In this document: in pieces, positions 39,771-48,179 of the stretch | How the letters are laid out: every line of letters begins with the position of its first letter | How positions within the stretch are numbered: the first letter of the stretch is position 1 | Assembly: GCA_001792345.1 (NCBI GenBank) | Contig: MGGJ01000004.1 | Coordinates: forward strand, 74,090 to 138,089 | Direction: 5' to 3' | Source: Candidatus Woesebacteria bacterium RIFCSPHIGHO2_01_FULL_39_32 | GTDB lineage: Bacteria; Patescibacteriota; Microgenomatia; UBA8517 | DNA length: 64,000 nt | Translations under genes and position numbers: made by a program | The notes under the pieces: generated by a model | Told to the model about the DNA's origin: nothing | The model's input: only the letters and a program-made list of their open reading frames with translations | Database searches by the model: none

Positions 39771-39926
39771 TTAGCCTCCCCTTTTCTTCATCTCAATAAT
39801 AAGTTTTTCTGGAATCGGTCTGCAGGTGCAATACTTAGCATGTTCCTGATGCCATTTAATCCTTTGCTCTAAACTCGGGTTTTTGGGCATCCTATTTGCT
39901 CTGTGCCATTTTTCGTTAATGTTCAT
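39771..39926 (-). CDS. Unannotated 51-aa ORF translationally coupled (ATGA overlap) to the SDR gene
   Basis: MNINEKWHRANRMPKNPSLEQRIKWHQEHAKYCTCRPIPEKLIIEMKKRGG; His/Cys-containing, basic; not in ORF track (<60 aa). Confidence 0.3.
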   Translation of the reverse strand: MNINEKWHRANRMPKNPSLEQRIKWHQEHAKYCTCRPIPEKLIIEMKKRGG

Positions 39927-40711
39927 TTAACCTCTTTCAATGTTAGTCCAGCGTCAACGACAATATTTGCTCCCGTAATTGCGTCGTTTTCGGCAACGGA
40001 AATAACTGCTTGGGCAACTTCCTCGGGTTTAACAAATCTCTTAAGGGGAACCTCATTAATATACTTATCAATTTCATCTTTAGAAGAAAAATTCCACATT
40101 GGTGTCATTGTATATCCTGGTGAGATGCTAACAACACGAATGTGGGGAGCCACCATTATTGCTAGATTTTCCGAAAATGTGTTAAGCGCCGCTTTTGAAA
40201 GGGAATAAGAAAGAGAGTCGCCATAATAAGTAACTCCAGACTTGCCAGCAATTGACGATATATTAATTATTACTCCACCCTGACCCACCATTTTTAGGAA
40301 TTCCCTACAACATTCAACTGCACCAAATAGGTTAACAGTCAGTACCTCCTTCCATTGTTTTGTGTCTAGTGGATCCATATAAGTTCTCTCGATGCCGGAA
40401 ACGTTTACCAGCACATCAATCGAATCATATTTCTTTCGAATACTGTCAAACATTTCGGAAATTTCTTTCGCCTTTAGAAAGTCAGCGGAAACGGTCATAC
40501 ACTCGCCCTTTTCGTTACATATCTTTTTTTCTAACTCTTTTATTGAAGCTTCGTTTCTGGCGTGAAGAATTAGCTTGCACCCCTTTTTAGCAAAGGCGTA
40601 GGCTATAGCTTCACCGATTCCTCCGGAAGCTCCGGTTACCAGAACGACTTTGTCTTTGAGTTGCATTAAATGTATTTTACTCTCTTTAGCAATTAATTGA
40701 TTGATATTCAA
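39923..40711 (-). CDS. Short-chain dehydrogenase/reductase (SDR)
   Basis: 262 aa; TGASGGIGEAIA Rossmann motif, NISS..G catalytic region. Confidence 0.85.
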   Translation of the reverse strand: MNINQLIAKESKIHLMQLKDKVVLVTGASGGIGEAIAYAFAKKGCKLILHARNEASIKELEKKICNEKGECMTVSADFLKAKEISEMFDSIRKKYDSIDVLVNVSGIERTYMDPLDTKQWKEVLTVNLFGAVECCREFLKMVGQGGVIINISSIAGKSGVTYYGDSLSYSLSKAALNTFSENLAIMVAPHIRVVSISPGYTMTPMWNFSSKDEIDKYINEVPLKRFVKPEEVAQAVISVAENDAITGANIVVDAGLTLKEVK

Positions 40712-40724
40712 ATAATTTTGAAAA

Positions 40725-41696
40725 ATGATACACTACCTAACTATGAGAAAGTTATTTCCCAAACTTTTATCAATTACAATTCTCTTTATGATTGTTGTAG
40801 CAATAGGTTTTATTCCAGTAAAACCCAGGAATGAAATAAAGGAAAAGATACCTCAAGAAACGGCAAAAGAAAAGCCACTTCTAAAGGGTTTCTCTATTAC
40901 ACCGAAAAGCTTTGAAAGTAAAGATTTCTTAGATTTTTTTGAAAGAATTAGGACATCATCAAATTTAGTGTTGTGGGCGGGCGATGTTAAAGAATTGGCA
41001 AATGAAAAATCCGTCGCCAATTCTCTTGCAACAATTTCCAAAAATTACGGTTTTACTCCCGTTATTATTGTTGAATGGGTAGACAAGAAGTTAATTTTAG
41101 ATTTTGTTTCAAAAGTAAAACCTCCTTATTTAGGAATCGGAAATGAAATTAACAGAGAAAGTTCTAGCTACATTCAAAAACTAGCCAAAGACTTTAGTGA
41201 AATTTATCCTGAAATTAAAAATGCTTCTCCCGAAACAAAAGTCTTCCCTATTTTTCAACTCGAGTTGATGAAAGGTCTTCGCGGAGGTTTATTTGGGGGG
41301 ATAAATGATGAGAGTAAAAACCAATGGAAGCTTCTAGATCAATTTCCAAAGGCAGATTTGATCGCTTTTACAACATATCCCGCACTAATTTATAAGGCAC
41401 CCTCAGAAATTCCGAATGATTACTACTCGGTAATTCTGACTTATACAGAAAAACCTGTTCTATTTACCGAAGTTGGGTGGTCAAGCAAAATCGATAACCC
41501 AAGTTGGGAAACCAGCGAAAGTGAGCAGGCAGAGTTTATAAAAATTTTCGAAGAAAGGGTAAATGAACCAGAGCCGGAATTTGCAATTTGGACTTTTATG
41601 TATGATCAAAATGTCCAAAAACCATTTGACACGATGGGACTCATTAGCCGTGATGGTAAAGAAAAGGAAGGGTGGAAAGTTTGGACAGAGGAATAA
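40725..41696 (+). CDS. Secreted TIM-barrel glycoside hydrolase, clan GH-A-like
   Basis: 323 aa; N-terminal TM/signal; GIGNEINRE (acid/base NE) and LFTEVGWSS (nucleophile TE-G) spacing typical of GH5/26/113. Confidence 0.45.
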   Translation: MIHYLTMRKLFPKLLSITILFMIVVAIGFIPVKPRNEIKEKIPQETAKEKPLLKGFSITPKSFESKDFLDFFERIRTSSNLVLWAGDVKELANEKSVANSLATISKNYGFTPVIIVEWVDKKLILDFVSKVKPPYLGIGNEINRESSSYIQKLAKDFSEIYPEIKNASPETKVFPIFQLELMKGLRGGLFGGINDESKNQWKLLDQFPKADLIAFTTYPALIYKAPSEIPNDYYSVILTYTEKPVLFTEVGWSSKIDNPSWETSESEQAEFIKIFEERVNEPEPEFAIWTFMYDQNVQKPFDTMGLISRDGKEKEGWKVWTEE

Positions 41697-41711
41697 TTAA
41701 TTTAAGAACCC

Positions 41712-41728
41712 GCGGAGGAAATGGTTTC
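41712..41728 (+). repeat. Repeat A copy 1 (GCGGAGGAAATGGTTTC)
   Basis: Between convergent genes 40725..41696 and 41729..42097. Confidence 0.85.
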
Positions 41729-42097
41729 CTATTTAGAGCTTTTTATTTGACGAACTTTATCGACCAAAAGGCCCACAAAGAAAAGCAATATGAGTGTGGC
41801 TGCATAACTAATAAGTACTACCCAAAATAAATTCTTAGAATGTGTAGCCCATGAATAATAACTCTCGGGAACTATAAAACTTAGGAAATCTACTAACAGT
41901 TTCCCTGGAATAGACAGCAAAATAATAATAGCTAGAGATATTGGAGCACAGATTACAAATATTCCACCGCTGCACTCATTAAGTAGCGGAACCAACATCG
42001 TTGCAAAACCTAAAAGAATCAAAATAATATATATCACAGGTAAACGATACCTGTACTTTAGTCCAAAAAATTTCTTAAAGAATTTCTTAATCTCCAT
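41729..42097 (-). CDS. Hypothetical 4-TM membrane protein
   Basis: 122 aa hydrophobic ORF. Confidence 0.4.
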   Translation of the reverse strand: MEIKKFFKKFFGLKYRYRLPVIYIILILLGFATMLVPLLNECSGGIFVICAPISLAIIILLSIPGKLLVDFLSFIVPESYYSWATHSKNLFWVVLISYAATLILLFFVGLLVDKVRQIKSSK

Positions 42098-42153
42098 ATA
42101 TAAGTAATATTATCACCATGTCTTGTCGAAAATGAAGGAAAACCTAGAAACTG

Positions 42154-42173
42154 TGGAATAAATGGTTTCTTAA
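42154..42173 (+). repeat. Repeat A copy 2 (degenerate: TGGAATAAATGGTTTCTTAA)
   Basis: Overlaps stop codon of RelE-like gene. Confidence 0.6.
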
Positions 42174-42434
42174 TCAATATACTTCATCATGACTCCCGAT
42201 TCTGTTAAAAAGAATCCTATTTTCTTCGATTGTAAAAATAATTCTAATATCGCTTGTTATTGAAATAGACCAGTTATTTTCCCCGGACAACTTATGAAGC
42301 CGTAACGATGGGTGTTTAGGATTGGTTGATAGAAGTTCAATTTGATGTCTAAGCTTAATTTTTAATTTAGGATTATTCTTGACTATTTTCTTTAAATTCC
42401 TATCAAAAGTTCTTGAGAAATAAACTTCGTACAT
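42174..42434 (-). CDS. Type II toxin, RelE/ParE superfamily
   Basis: 86 aa; ...LHKLSGENNWSISITSDIRIIFTIEENRILFNRIGSHDEVY matches RelE/ParE C-terminal consensus. Confidence 0.7.
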   Translation of the reverse strand: MYEVYFSRTFDRNLKKIVKNNPKLKIKLRHQIELLSTNPKHPSLRLHKLSGENNWSISITSDIRIIFTIEENRILFNRIGSHDEVY

Positions 42435-42465
42435 CTACTAAAATTATATAATAAATTACTCTACC

Positions 42466-42699
42466 CTAAATTGAGTCGAAGTATTTTTTTATATCCTTTT
42501 TTGTCTTTAGTGTAATAGCTTTTCCTTCTTTTATTTCTTTCCTGGTTTCCTCTGCCCACAAATCGTATTTACTTTGAGATATAACCTTTCTCAAGGAATC
42601 ACGGACAAGGTCGCTAAAAGAAGCATAAAAGCCTCCTCTTACAAGGGTTTCAGCTTGATTTTTCAATTTTTCGGGTAAAGATACATTTATTGTAACCAT
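42466..42699 (-). CDS. Ribbon-helix-helix antitoxin, ParD/CopG-like
   Basis: MVTINVSLPEKLKNQAETLVRGGFYASFSDLVRDSLRKV matches ParD family; start set at internal Met of ORF 42466..42714; 31 bp upstream of toxin gene. Confidence 0.65.
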   Translation of the reverse strand: MVTINVSLPEKLKNQAETLVRGGFYASFSDLVRDSLRKVISQSKYDLWAEETRKEIKEGKAITLKTKKDIKKYFDSI

Positions 42700-42753
42700 A
42701 CAACAATAATACAATCTTCGTACAATAAGTCAATATATAAAATTACTTAAGTT

Positions 42754-42773
42754 GCGGAGGAAATGGGTTTCTA
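42754..42773 (+). repeat. Repeat A copy 3 (GCGGAGGAAATGGGTTTCTA)
   Basis: Overlaps stop of peptidase gene; one-base insertion. Confidence 0.8.
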
Positions 42774-43394
42774 ATTGTTGTTAAACAAACCTTCAAAATT
42801 AAAATCTACAAACTTTTTATTTCTCTCGTCATACAATTTCGTTTCATTCTCTTTAAGCTTTAAAATATTAAGTCCCTTTTGCTCTGCAAATTTTTCGACT
42901 ATTTCTATTAACTCTTCATTACAATAATTAGAGTTATTAGTGTGGACAATCACTATAGTTTCACTGTCAGGAAATATACCTTCAATAAAGTCGATGGTCT
43001 TTCTGTCGCTTGTTTCATAAAAATATGGAGCCATAAGCATTGCACCGGCACTGTCACCAAGAATAACTATATCTTTCTTAAGAACACCGAAATCAAATCT
43101 TTTCCTTTGAAGGCCATCTTTTAAAGGAATAGTATCACCGCCGCAAAGAAAAATAAGATCGTAAATTCGCCAATTAATATCTTTAGTTTTATTCCCAACA
43201 ATATCTACTGTTTCTCCAAATTGAGGAATTATATGCTTATCGTAATAATGATTAGGCTTAGCCATTGTTACAAAACAGGTCTTTTTCCCTTTGGCAATTA
43301 GTTTCTTGATCGTTTTGGAGTATTCGTAGAGATAAGATTTTTCAAAACCATTAGGTTCATTTTTATTTAGCCCACCCCGAAATATAAGTTTCAT
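42771..43394 (-). CDS. Peptidase S51-like (dipeptidase E / cyanophycinase family)
   Basis: 207 aa; IFLCGGDT...IVILGDSAGAML matches S51 nucleophile-Ser region. Confidence 0.55.
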   Translation of the reverse strand: MKLIFRGGLNKNEPNGFEKSYLYEYSKTIKKLIAKGKKTCFVTMAKPNHYYDKHIIPQFGETVDIVGNKTKDINWRIYDLIFLCGGDTIPLKDGLQRKRFDFGVLKKDIVILGDSAGAMLMAPYFYETSDRKTIDFIEGIFPDSETIVIVHTNNSNYCNEELIEIVEKFAEQKGLNILKLKENETKLYDERNKKFVDFNFEGLFNNN

Positions 43395-43432
43395 AATCGT
43401 AGTATATCAATTTGGAGAATTTTCCAGAAGCC

Positions 43433-43449
43433 GCGGAGGAGATTGTTTC
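43433..43449 (+). repeat. Repeat A copy 4 (GCGGAGGAGATTGTTTC)
   Basis: In divergent intergenic region. Confidence 0.7.
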
Positions 43450-43481
43450 GGATTATCCTTATCAAGTGTTAAAATCGAAAT

Positions 43482-43751
43482 ATGGATAAATTACATAAAC
43501 TGGAGGAAAAAATAGAGAAAATTGAATCCAGAAATAGAAAGGTCGAAAACGATAAAGCTTGGGAAACAAGTTATGCAAGAAGGTTCTTACTATTCTTTTT
43601 TACTTATGTGTCAATCGGTCTTTATCTCAATGTAATTCAAATCAAAGACCCATGGCTTAATGCAATAGTTCCATCAATAGGATTCTTCCTTTCGACTCTC
43701 ACTCTCCCCTTCTTCAAATCTACTTGGCTAAAGAAAAGAAATAAAAGATAA
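43482..43751 (+). CDS. Small 2-TM membrane protein with N-terminal coiled-coil (paralog 1)
   Basis: 89 aa; ~80% aa identity to 52260..52532. Confidence 0.5.
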   Translation: MDKLHKLEEKIEKIESRNRKVENDKAWETSYARRFLLFFFTYVSIGLYLNVIQIKDPWLNAIVPSIGFFLSTLTLPFFKSTWLKKRNKR

Positions 43752-43759
43752 CTTTGGCC

Positions 43760-43776
43760 GCGGAGGAAATGGTTTC
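43760..43776 (+). repeat. Repeat A copy 5 (GCGGAGGAAATGGTTTC)
   Basis: 9 bp after stop of paralog 1. Confidence 0.85.
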
Positions 43777-43797
43777 GGTTTCTTATATACTAAGTTA

Positions 43798-44082
43798 ATG
43801 AATAAATATTTGCGTTATTTATTTGTCCTGATATTTATTTTCTCTCTCTATCACTTTTTGAGAGATTTACTACAGACATTTAGCGTCGATAATTTCTTTA
43901 TAAACATTCTTCACAGACCCCACATCTGGTGTAGTCCGTATTGCAATTATGTAACCTATCCCCTGGACACGCTTGGAATTGTAGGCAGTTTTATCGTGTT
44001 AAGAAGAAACCGCGTGGGAATTCTGGGTGTGCTTATTTTTATATCCTTACCTCTTTGGTCGCTTGCTGTATTATTACCTTAG
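43798..44082 (+). CDS. Small 3-TM membrane protein
   Basis: 94 aa hydrophobic ORF. Confidence 0.4.
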   Translation: MNKYLRYLFVLIFIFSLYHFLRDLLQTFSVDNFFINILHRPHIWCSPYCNYVTYPLDTLGIVGSFIVLRRNRVGILGVLIFISLPLWSLAVLLP

Positions 44083-44098
44083 AAAATTTTTTTAACCA

Positions 44099-44115
44099 GC
44101 GGAGAAAATGGTTTC
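44099..44115 (+). repeat. Repeat A copy 6 (GCGGAGAAAATGGTTTC)
   Basis: 17 bp after preceding stop; followed by TATAAT 13 nt before next ATG. Confidence 0.75.
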
Positions 44116-44155
44116 TTCTTTATAATTATATTTAAAATGCTTATAATATTTGTAA

Positions 44156-44710
44156 ATGTTTCAAGAAAATTCGGCCGAACGTCGTCCTAAATTTTCCGCA
44201 TCTGTAGGTGTTATTCCTTTATATGAAAGTCCAGATGGATCAAAAGGTGTGGTTTTGGGCTTAAGAATTGAGGATGGCTTATGGACTCCTATAGCGGGCG
44301 GTCTCGAAAATCAGGAGTATGACTTGGAAGCTTTATGCAGAGAATGGCAAGAAGAAACAGGATTAAATCCAGAAGAATCTCTACAATTATTTCCCATTCC
44401 ACTTACAACAACTTCGCCGCAGCCAGGAAAAACTTCTGTCGGCATAACATATATCGGAAAATATACTGGCCCAGCGTTACCTTTAAGAGCTTGGGGCGAT
44501 GAAATAGAAGTACTTGAATCATTCGCGCCAGAAAGATTAAAAAATCTATTAGACAATCCTGAAGGCCACCTTTTTCGTCCTGACTTAAATTTAGGTAACT
44601 TAACAGCGATCCTGACTCTTTTATCACCAAATGACGGGGTGCAAACAATATTATTGAATAGAGCACGACAATCCACCCAAAGATTCATTAAAGAGGATAC
44701 ATATTTCTAA
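44156..44710 (+). CDS. NUDIX-family hydrolase (divergent)
   Basis: 184 aa; GGLENQEYDLEALCREWQEETGL Nudix-box-like. Confidence 0.55.
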   Translation: MFQENSAERRPKFSASVGVIPLYESPDGSKGVVLGLRIEDGLWTPIAGGLENQEYDLEALCREWQEETGLNPEESLQLFPIPLTTTSPQPGKTSVGITYIGKYTGPALPLRAWGDEIEVLESFAPERLKNLLDNPEGHLFRPDLNLGNLTAILTLLSPNDGVQTILLNRARQSTQRFIKEDTYF

Positions 44711-44715
44711 AAACC

Positions 44716-44732
44716 GCGAAGGAAATGGTTTC
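44716..44732 (+). repeat. Repeat A copy 7 (GCGAAGGAAATGGTTTC)
   Basis: 6 bp after NUDIX stop; followed 19 bp later by repeat B copy 1. Confidence 0.8.
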
Positions 44733-44751
44733 TTAAGATTTTTTATTCGAA

Positions 44752-44770
44752 GCTAATTTGAAGACAAATT
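44752..44770 (+). repeat. Repeat B copy 1 (GCTAATTTGAAGACAAATT)
   Basis: Just 3' of minus-strand nitrilase gene. Confidence 0.85.
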
Positions 44771-44772
44771 AT

Positions 44773-45552
44773 TTATTTTATTTCTAGTTTCTTTTTTGGC
44801 TGCCACCAGGAATCAAACTCTCGAGCCTTTGTAACCTCATCCAAATCCAACTCTTCATAAAGAATCTCTTTGTGATTAATGCTCCCTTCCTTTAAAACCC
44901 CTCTTATAGGACTTACAATCAATGACCTTCCGAAAGAGTTTGTCGCTATATTTAAATTACCCGATACTAAAATAAAAGACCTGCTCGCAAAAGCACCATA
45001 TACATATAGCGCTTTTACATACTCTTGAGTGTTCAATTCCTTCCAGCCAATCGACCATGTAGGAATACAAATAATTTCGGCGCCTTGATTGTTAAATTTC
45101 TCATATAAAAAATGTGAGAACTTGTTGAAGCCATCCTTGCAAATAAGCATCCCTAATTTTCCTATTTCTGTTTTTTCGACCTCTAAAGTATTCCCGGCAA
45201 CAACTCCAATGTTTTCTATTTCAGGTTTTGCTGGGTAAATTTTTCTGTGCGATACAACGGATTTTCCTTCAGGAGAAATAATATAGCCTTGGTTATAATA
45301 CTTGCCGTCTTTTTTAGTGTAAAAACTTGTCGCGAGAAAAACACTGTGTTTCTTTGCAACTTCTATGAGTTTCGGCAAATAATCTATTTCTTTTTCCTTC
45401 AACTCCCCAACTTCTCCGACGGCAGTTTCTGGAGCAACTATTAATTTTGCACCTGCCCACGAAGCCTGTGAAACCATTTCGTTAAGTTTCTTAAAGGAAG
45501 CACTAGATTCTTCGGGAGCGTCGTATTGTAGAACTGCAACTTTAACTTTCAT
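44773..45552 (-). CDS. Carbon-nitrogen hydrolase (nitrilase superfamily)
   Basis: 259 aa; E (APET), K (HRKIY), C (LICKDG) catalytic triad spacing. Confidence 0.8.
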   Translation of the reverse strand: MKVKVAVLQYDAPEESSASFKKLNEMVSQASWAGAKLIVAPETAVGEVGELKEKEIDYLPKLIEVAKKHSVFLATSFYTKKDGKYYNQGYIISPEGKSVVSHRKIYPAKPEIENIGVVAGNTLEVEKTEIGKLGMLICKDGFNKFSHFLYEKFNNQGAEIICIPTWSIGWKELNTQEYVKALYVYGAFASRSFILVSGNLNIATNSFGRSLIVSPIRGVLKEGSINHKEILYEELDLDEVTKAREFDSWWQPKKKLEIK

Positions 45553-45572
45553 TAACCAAATTCTACTCCGGA

Positions 45573-45591
45573 GCTAATTTGAAGACAAATT
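45573..45591 (+). repeat. Repeat B copy 2
   Basis: 20 bp upstream of nitrilase start. Confidence 0.85.
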
Positions 45592-45595
45592 TATC

Positions 45596-45904
45596 CTAAG
45601 CTGACTGAATTTCAAACTTAGTTTTTTTAGGATCGAAGGCTTTAATATTTTTCTTTACGTCCAATATTTCAATCCCTAAAATTTTACCCTTAGCATCTTC
45701 GTCCACTAAAACAGTATCCGTTACTTTTCTGGTTCGGCTATATTTTCCTTTTGCTAATTCCAAATAAACTGCGTCTTCTTTTTTATCGTATTGTATTTTC
45801 ATAATTATTTTTTCAGGATTATCAATTGTTTCTGTTACAGTCTTTTGAGAAATATTTCTCCTTTTAAGTTGCTTTATGGCATGTCCAGAAAAGTTGACGG
45901 GCAT
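45596..45904 (-). CDS. Fused DUF4258-like (short N-terminal) / DUF2283-like (C-terminal) small protein; TA-related
   Basis: 102 aa; C-terminal MKIQYDKKEDAVYLELAKG...KILGIEIL matches DUF2283; N-terminal FSGHAIKQLKRRNIS resembles DUF4258. Confidence 0.5.
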   Translation of the reverse strand: MPVNFSGHAIKQLKRRNISQKTVTETIDNPEKIIMKIQYDKKEDAVYLELAKGKYSRTRKVTDTVLVDEDAKGKILGIEILDVKKNIKAFDPKKTKFEIQSA

Positions 45905-45926
45905 AAAAACATTATAAAATAATCTC

Positions 45927-45949
45927 GGAGTTAATTTGAAAACAAACTT
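45927..45949 (+). repeat. Repeat B copy 3 (degenerate)
   Basis: GGAGTTAATTTGAAAACAAACTT, 3 mismatches. Confidence 0.6.
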
Positions 45950-45967
45950 TAAACATCGTATTTGAAA

Positions 45968-46552
45968 TTAGTAACCCCAGGCCTTCCTCTTCCCTGCTTT
46001 CATAATATTCCACGAACCATCCTGTTGGCGCATCATTACATAATAAGACGGTCTTTTAAAGCTCGAGTGTTCTTCATCACCAAGTCTAATTTCTAATAAC
46101 TTTGGTACATATGGCTCCGGAACTTTACCTAATATATCTGTTGAAATTGCTTTAACTTCCTTCGCTCTAAGAAAATCCGTGGAGATATTATAGTCAAGCT
46201 TCTCAACCACACCTTTTGAATCAAACCATAACTGTGCGCCAGTTAACTCATACTCACTTTCCCTCTCTAATAATACTGCTGCTGCCTTCGAATCGTCCAA
46301 CTCCCCCAATCCAAAGTAACCCTTTTGTTCGATTAAGACATCTGCGTGTGTTCCCTTTGGAAATAGTCCAGAAGCTACTTTATCTTTAGAAATTCGAGCA
46401 AGACAAGAAATATAACCCGGAAACTTACCAATGACAGCGCCTCGACCTTCACGAATTAATCCTTGCCACTCACCTTCAGTTAATAAACGGTTATAAAAAG
46501 GTCTGGGGGCAACATCTATTCCCGCTTGGATTTCCTCTGAATCTAAAACCAT
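45968..46552 (-). CDS. Hypothetical protein (194 aa)
   Basis: ORF only. Confidence 0.45.
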   Translation of the reverse strand: MVLDSEEIQAGIDVAPRPFYNRLLTEGEWQGLIREGRGAVIGKFPGYISCLARISKDKVASGLFPKGTHADVLIEQKGYFGLGELDDSKAAAVLLERESEYELTGAQLWFDSKGVVEKLDYNISTDFLRAKEVKAISTDILGKVPEPYVPKLLEIRLGDEEHSSFKRPSYYVMMRQQDGSWNIMKAGKRKAWGY

Positions 46553-46578
46553 TTCAACCTTATTATACCTCTCTAGAA

Positions 46579-46597
46579 GCTAATTTGAAGACAAATT
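46579..46597 (+). repeat. Repeat B copy 4
   Basis: 27 bp upstream of start of 45968..46552. Confidence 0.85.
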
Positions 46598-46675
46598 ATT
46601 TTAGTTTTGTCATAATAATACATAAGGTGTTACTTTATTTTGAGCTAAAATCCAATACCTGTGTTAAATTAACAT

Positions 46676-47287
46676 ATGTTTTTATTGAAGAAGTATTATT
46701 GGGAAGTCAAAGAAACAAAAAGTAAAGGAAGGGGTGTTTTCGCAAGGAAACCAATTTCGGCAGGCACACTTATTGGCGATTACGTTGGAAAATTGGTTCA
46801 CTTGAAAGATGTAGATTTTGATAAAGAAAAAGGAAATCTGTATCTGATGTATTACAATGACACAACAGGTATTTACCCCAGCTTAAGAAAACCGGGCATT
46901 CATCTTCTAAATCATTCGTGTTCTCCTAATTGCTGGATTTTTAAATTTAAAAGACACACTTTGGTTTTTGCATTAAAGAATATTATGAATGGAGACGAGT
47001 TGACAATTTCTTACCTCCTTCCTCCAGGTAAGCTTTGTACGAACTGCACACATAAATGCTTCTGCGAAAGCAAGGTTTGTACAAAATCGATGCATTTAAC
47101 GGAAGGTGGATATAAAAAATGGCAGGATTTTCAAGATAAAGAAGAAAGGAAAGGAAAATATAGAAAAATTATAAATGAAAACGCATTAAAACTGTTGGCA
47201 AAATATCCGAAATCTATTTCCAAAAGTTATATTGTAAAAATTAAAAATTTAGAGATTACACAAAACCTTTCCATCTCGCTAATTTGA
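46676..47287 (+). CDS. SET-domain protein (lysine methyltransferase-like)
   Basis: 203 aa; LLNHSCSPNC SET signature and post-SET Cys cluster; its TGA stop lies inside repeat B copy 5. Confidence 0.75.
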   Translation: MFLLKKYYWEVKETKSKGRGVFARKPISAGTLIGDYVGKLVHLKDVDFDKEKGNLYLMYYNDTTGIYPSLRKPGIHLLNHSCSPNCWIFKFKRHTLVFALKNIMNGDELTISYLLPPGKLCTNCTHKCFCESKVCTKSMHLTEGGYKKWQDFQDKEERKGKYRKIINENALKLLAKYPKSISKSYIVKIKNLEITQNLSISLI

Positions 47288-47296
47288 AGACAAATT
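47278..47296 (+). repeat. Repeat B copy 5
   Basis: Overlaps stop codon of SET gene. Confidence 0.85.
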
Positions 47297-47308
47297 TATT
47301 TTGTTAAA

Positions 47309-48160
47309 CTAAACAGCAAGAATCACCAGTCCCAACATTAACAAAAATATACCGATTTTCTGCTCTTTTGCTAACTTTTCCTTCAGAAAAAGTAGCGCCA
47401 AGAATATTGTCACAACAGGCGCCGCAGCAACAACTGGCGCAACGATAGATGCATAAGTACTATTTACACCCAAAGAGTAACCAAGATAACCCATACTACT
47501 TAGTATTCCCAAAAGTGCAGCTAGTTTATAAGAATAATTAGTAATAGATAAACTTTTTTCTTTATATAAAGTAAGTATAGTTAAAAACAACACACCCGAG
47601 ATGGTTGTGAGAATAATTATCTCTAACCAACCAATTTTAACGGTCATATCACCTATTAAGATAAATGACGTACCCCAAAAGAACATTGCTAACAGACCAT
47701 ATGGAACTGATCTATCAGTGATTACTAGCTTAAGATTTTTGAAATTTTTTAAATTTATTGAAACCAATATAGTCCCGACAACAACAAGTACAACAGAACC
47801 AACTTGAATTGGCAAAAGAATTTCAGAAAGAAATAATATTGAAAAAAGAATTATTATCACCGAATAAGAAGAAGCTATCGGAGACAAAACCGATAGATTA
47901 CCAACTTGCGTCCCTTTGAAAAAAGAAAGACCCCCTAAAGTAGTTATTATTCCCGCAATAAAACCTACGACAAACTCTCCGGTACTTATTTCAAAAAGGT
48001 TTGTTGTTCGACCGGAAACAAACGAAATACATAAAAGGTAGAAAAGCATGAAGATGGCATTCCACAACATTCCTTTTAAGAATCCTGCAGATTTAGAAAG
48101 AAATACTATAACATAATCGGCGACTCCAAAACCCACAAGTCCTATCAATGCATAAACCAT
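47309..48160 (-). CDS. EamA/DMT-superfamily transporter
   Basis: 283 aa, 10 TM, duplicated EamA-like halves. Confidence 0.7.
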   Translation of the reverse strand: MVYALIGLVGFGVADYVIVFLSKSAGFLKGMLWNAIFMLFYLLCISFVSGRTTNLFEISTGEFVVGFIAGIITTLGGLSFFKGTQVGNLSVLSPIASSYSVIIILFSILFLSEILLPIQVGSVVLVVVGTILVSINLKNFKNLKLVITDRSVPYGLLAMFFWGTSFILIGDMTVKIGWLEIIILTTISGVLFLTILTLYKEKSLSITNYSYKLAALLGILSSMGYLGYSLGVNSTYASIVAPVVAAAPVVTIFLALLFLKEKLAKEQKIGIFLLMLGLVILAV

Positions 48161-48179
48161 ATATTAATATTACCCCGAA

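Noticed and set aside
39903-40208. Plus-strand ORF 39903..40208
   Set aside because: Antisense to the strongly supported SDR gene; low-complexity translation.
41720-41735. Mini-ORF inside repeat A (GGAGG-AA-ATG GTT TCT TAA) as a genuine translated start-stop element
   Set aside because: SD-to-ATG spacing of 2 nt is too short for efficient initiation and the codons after ATG vary between copies. Noted as a curiosity only.
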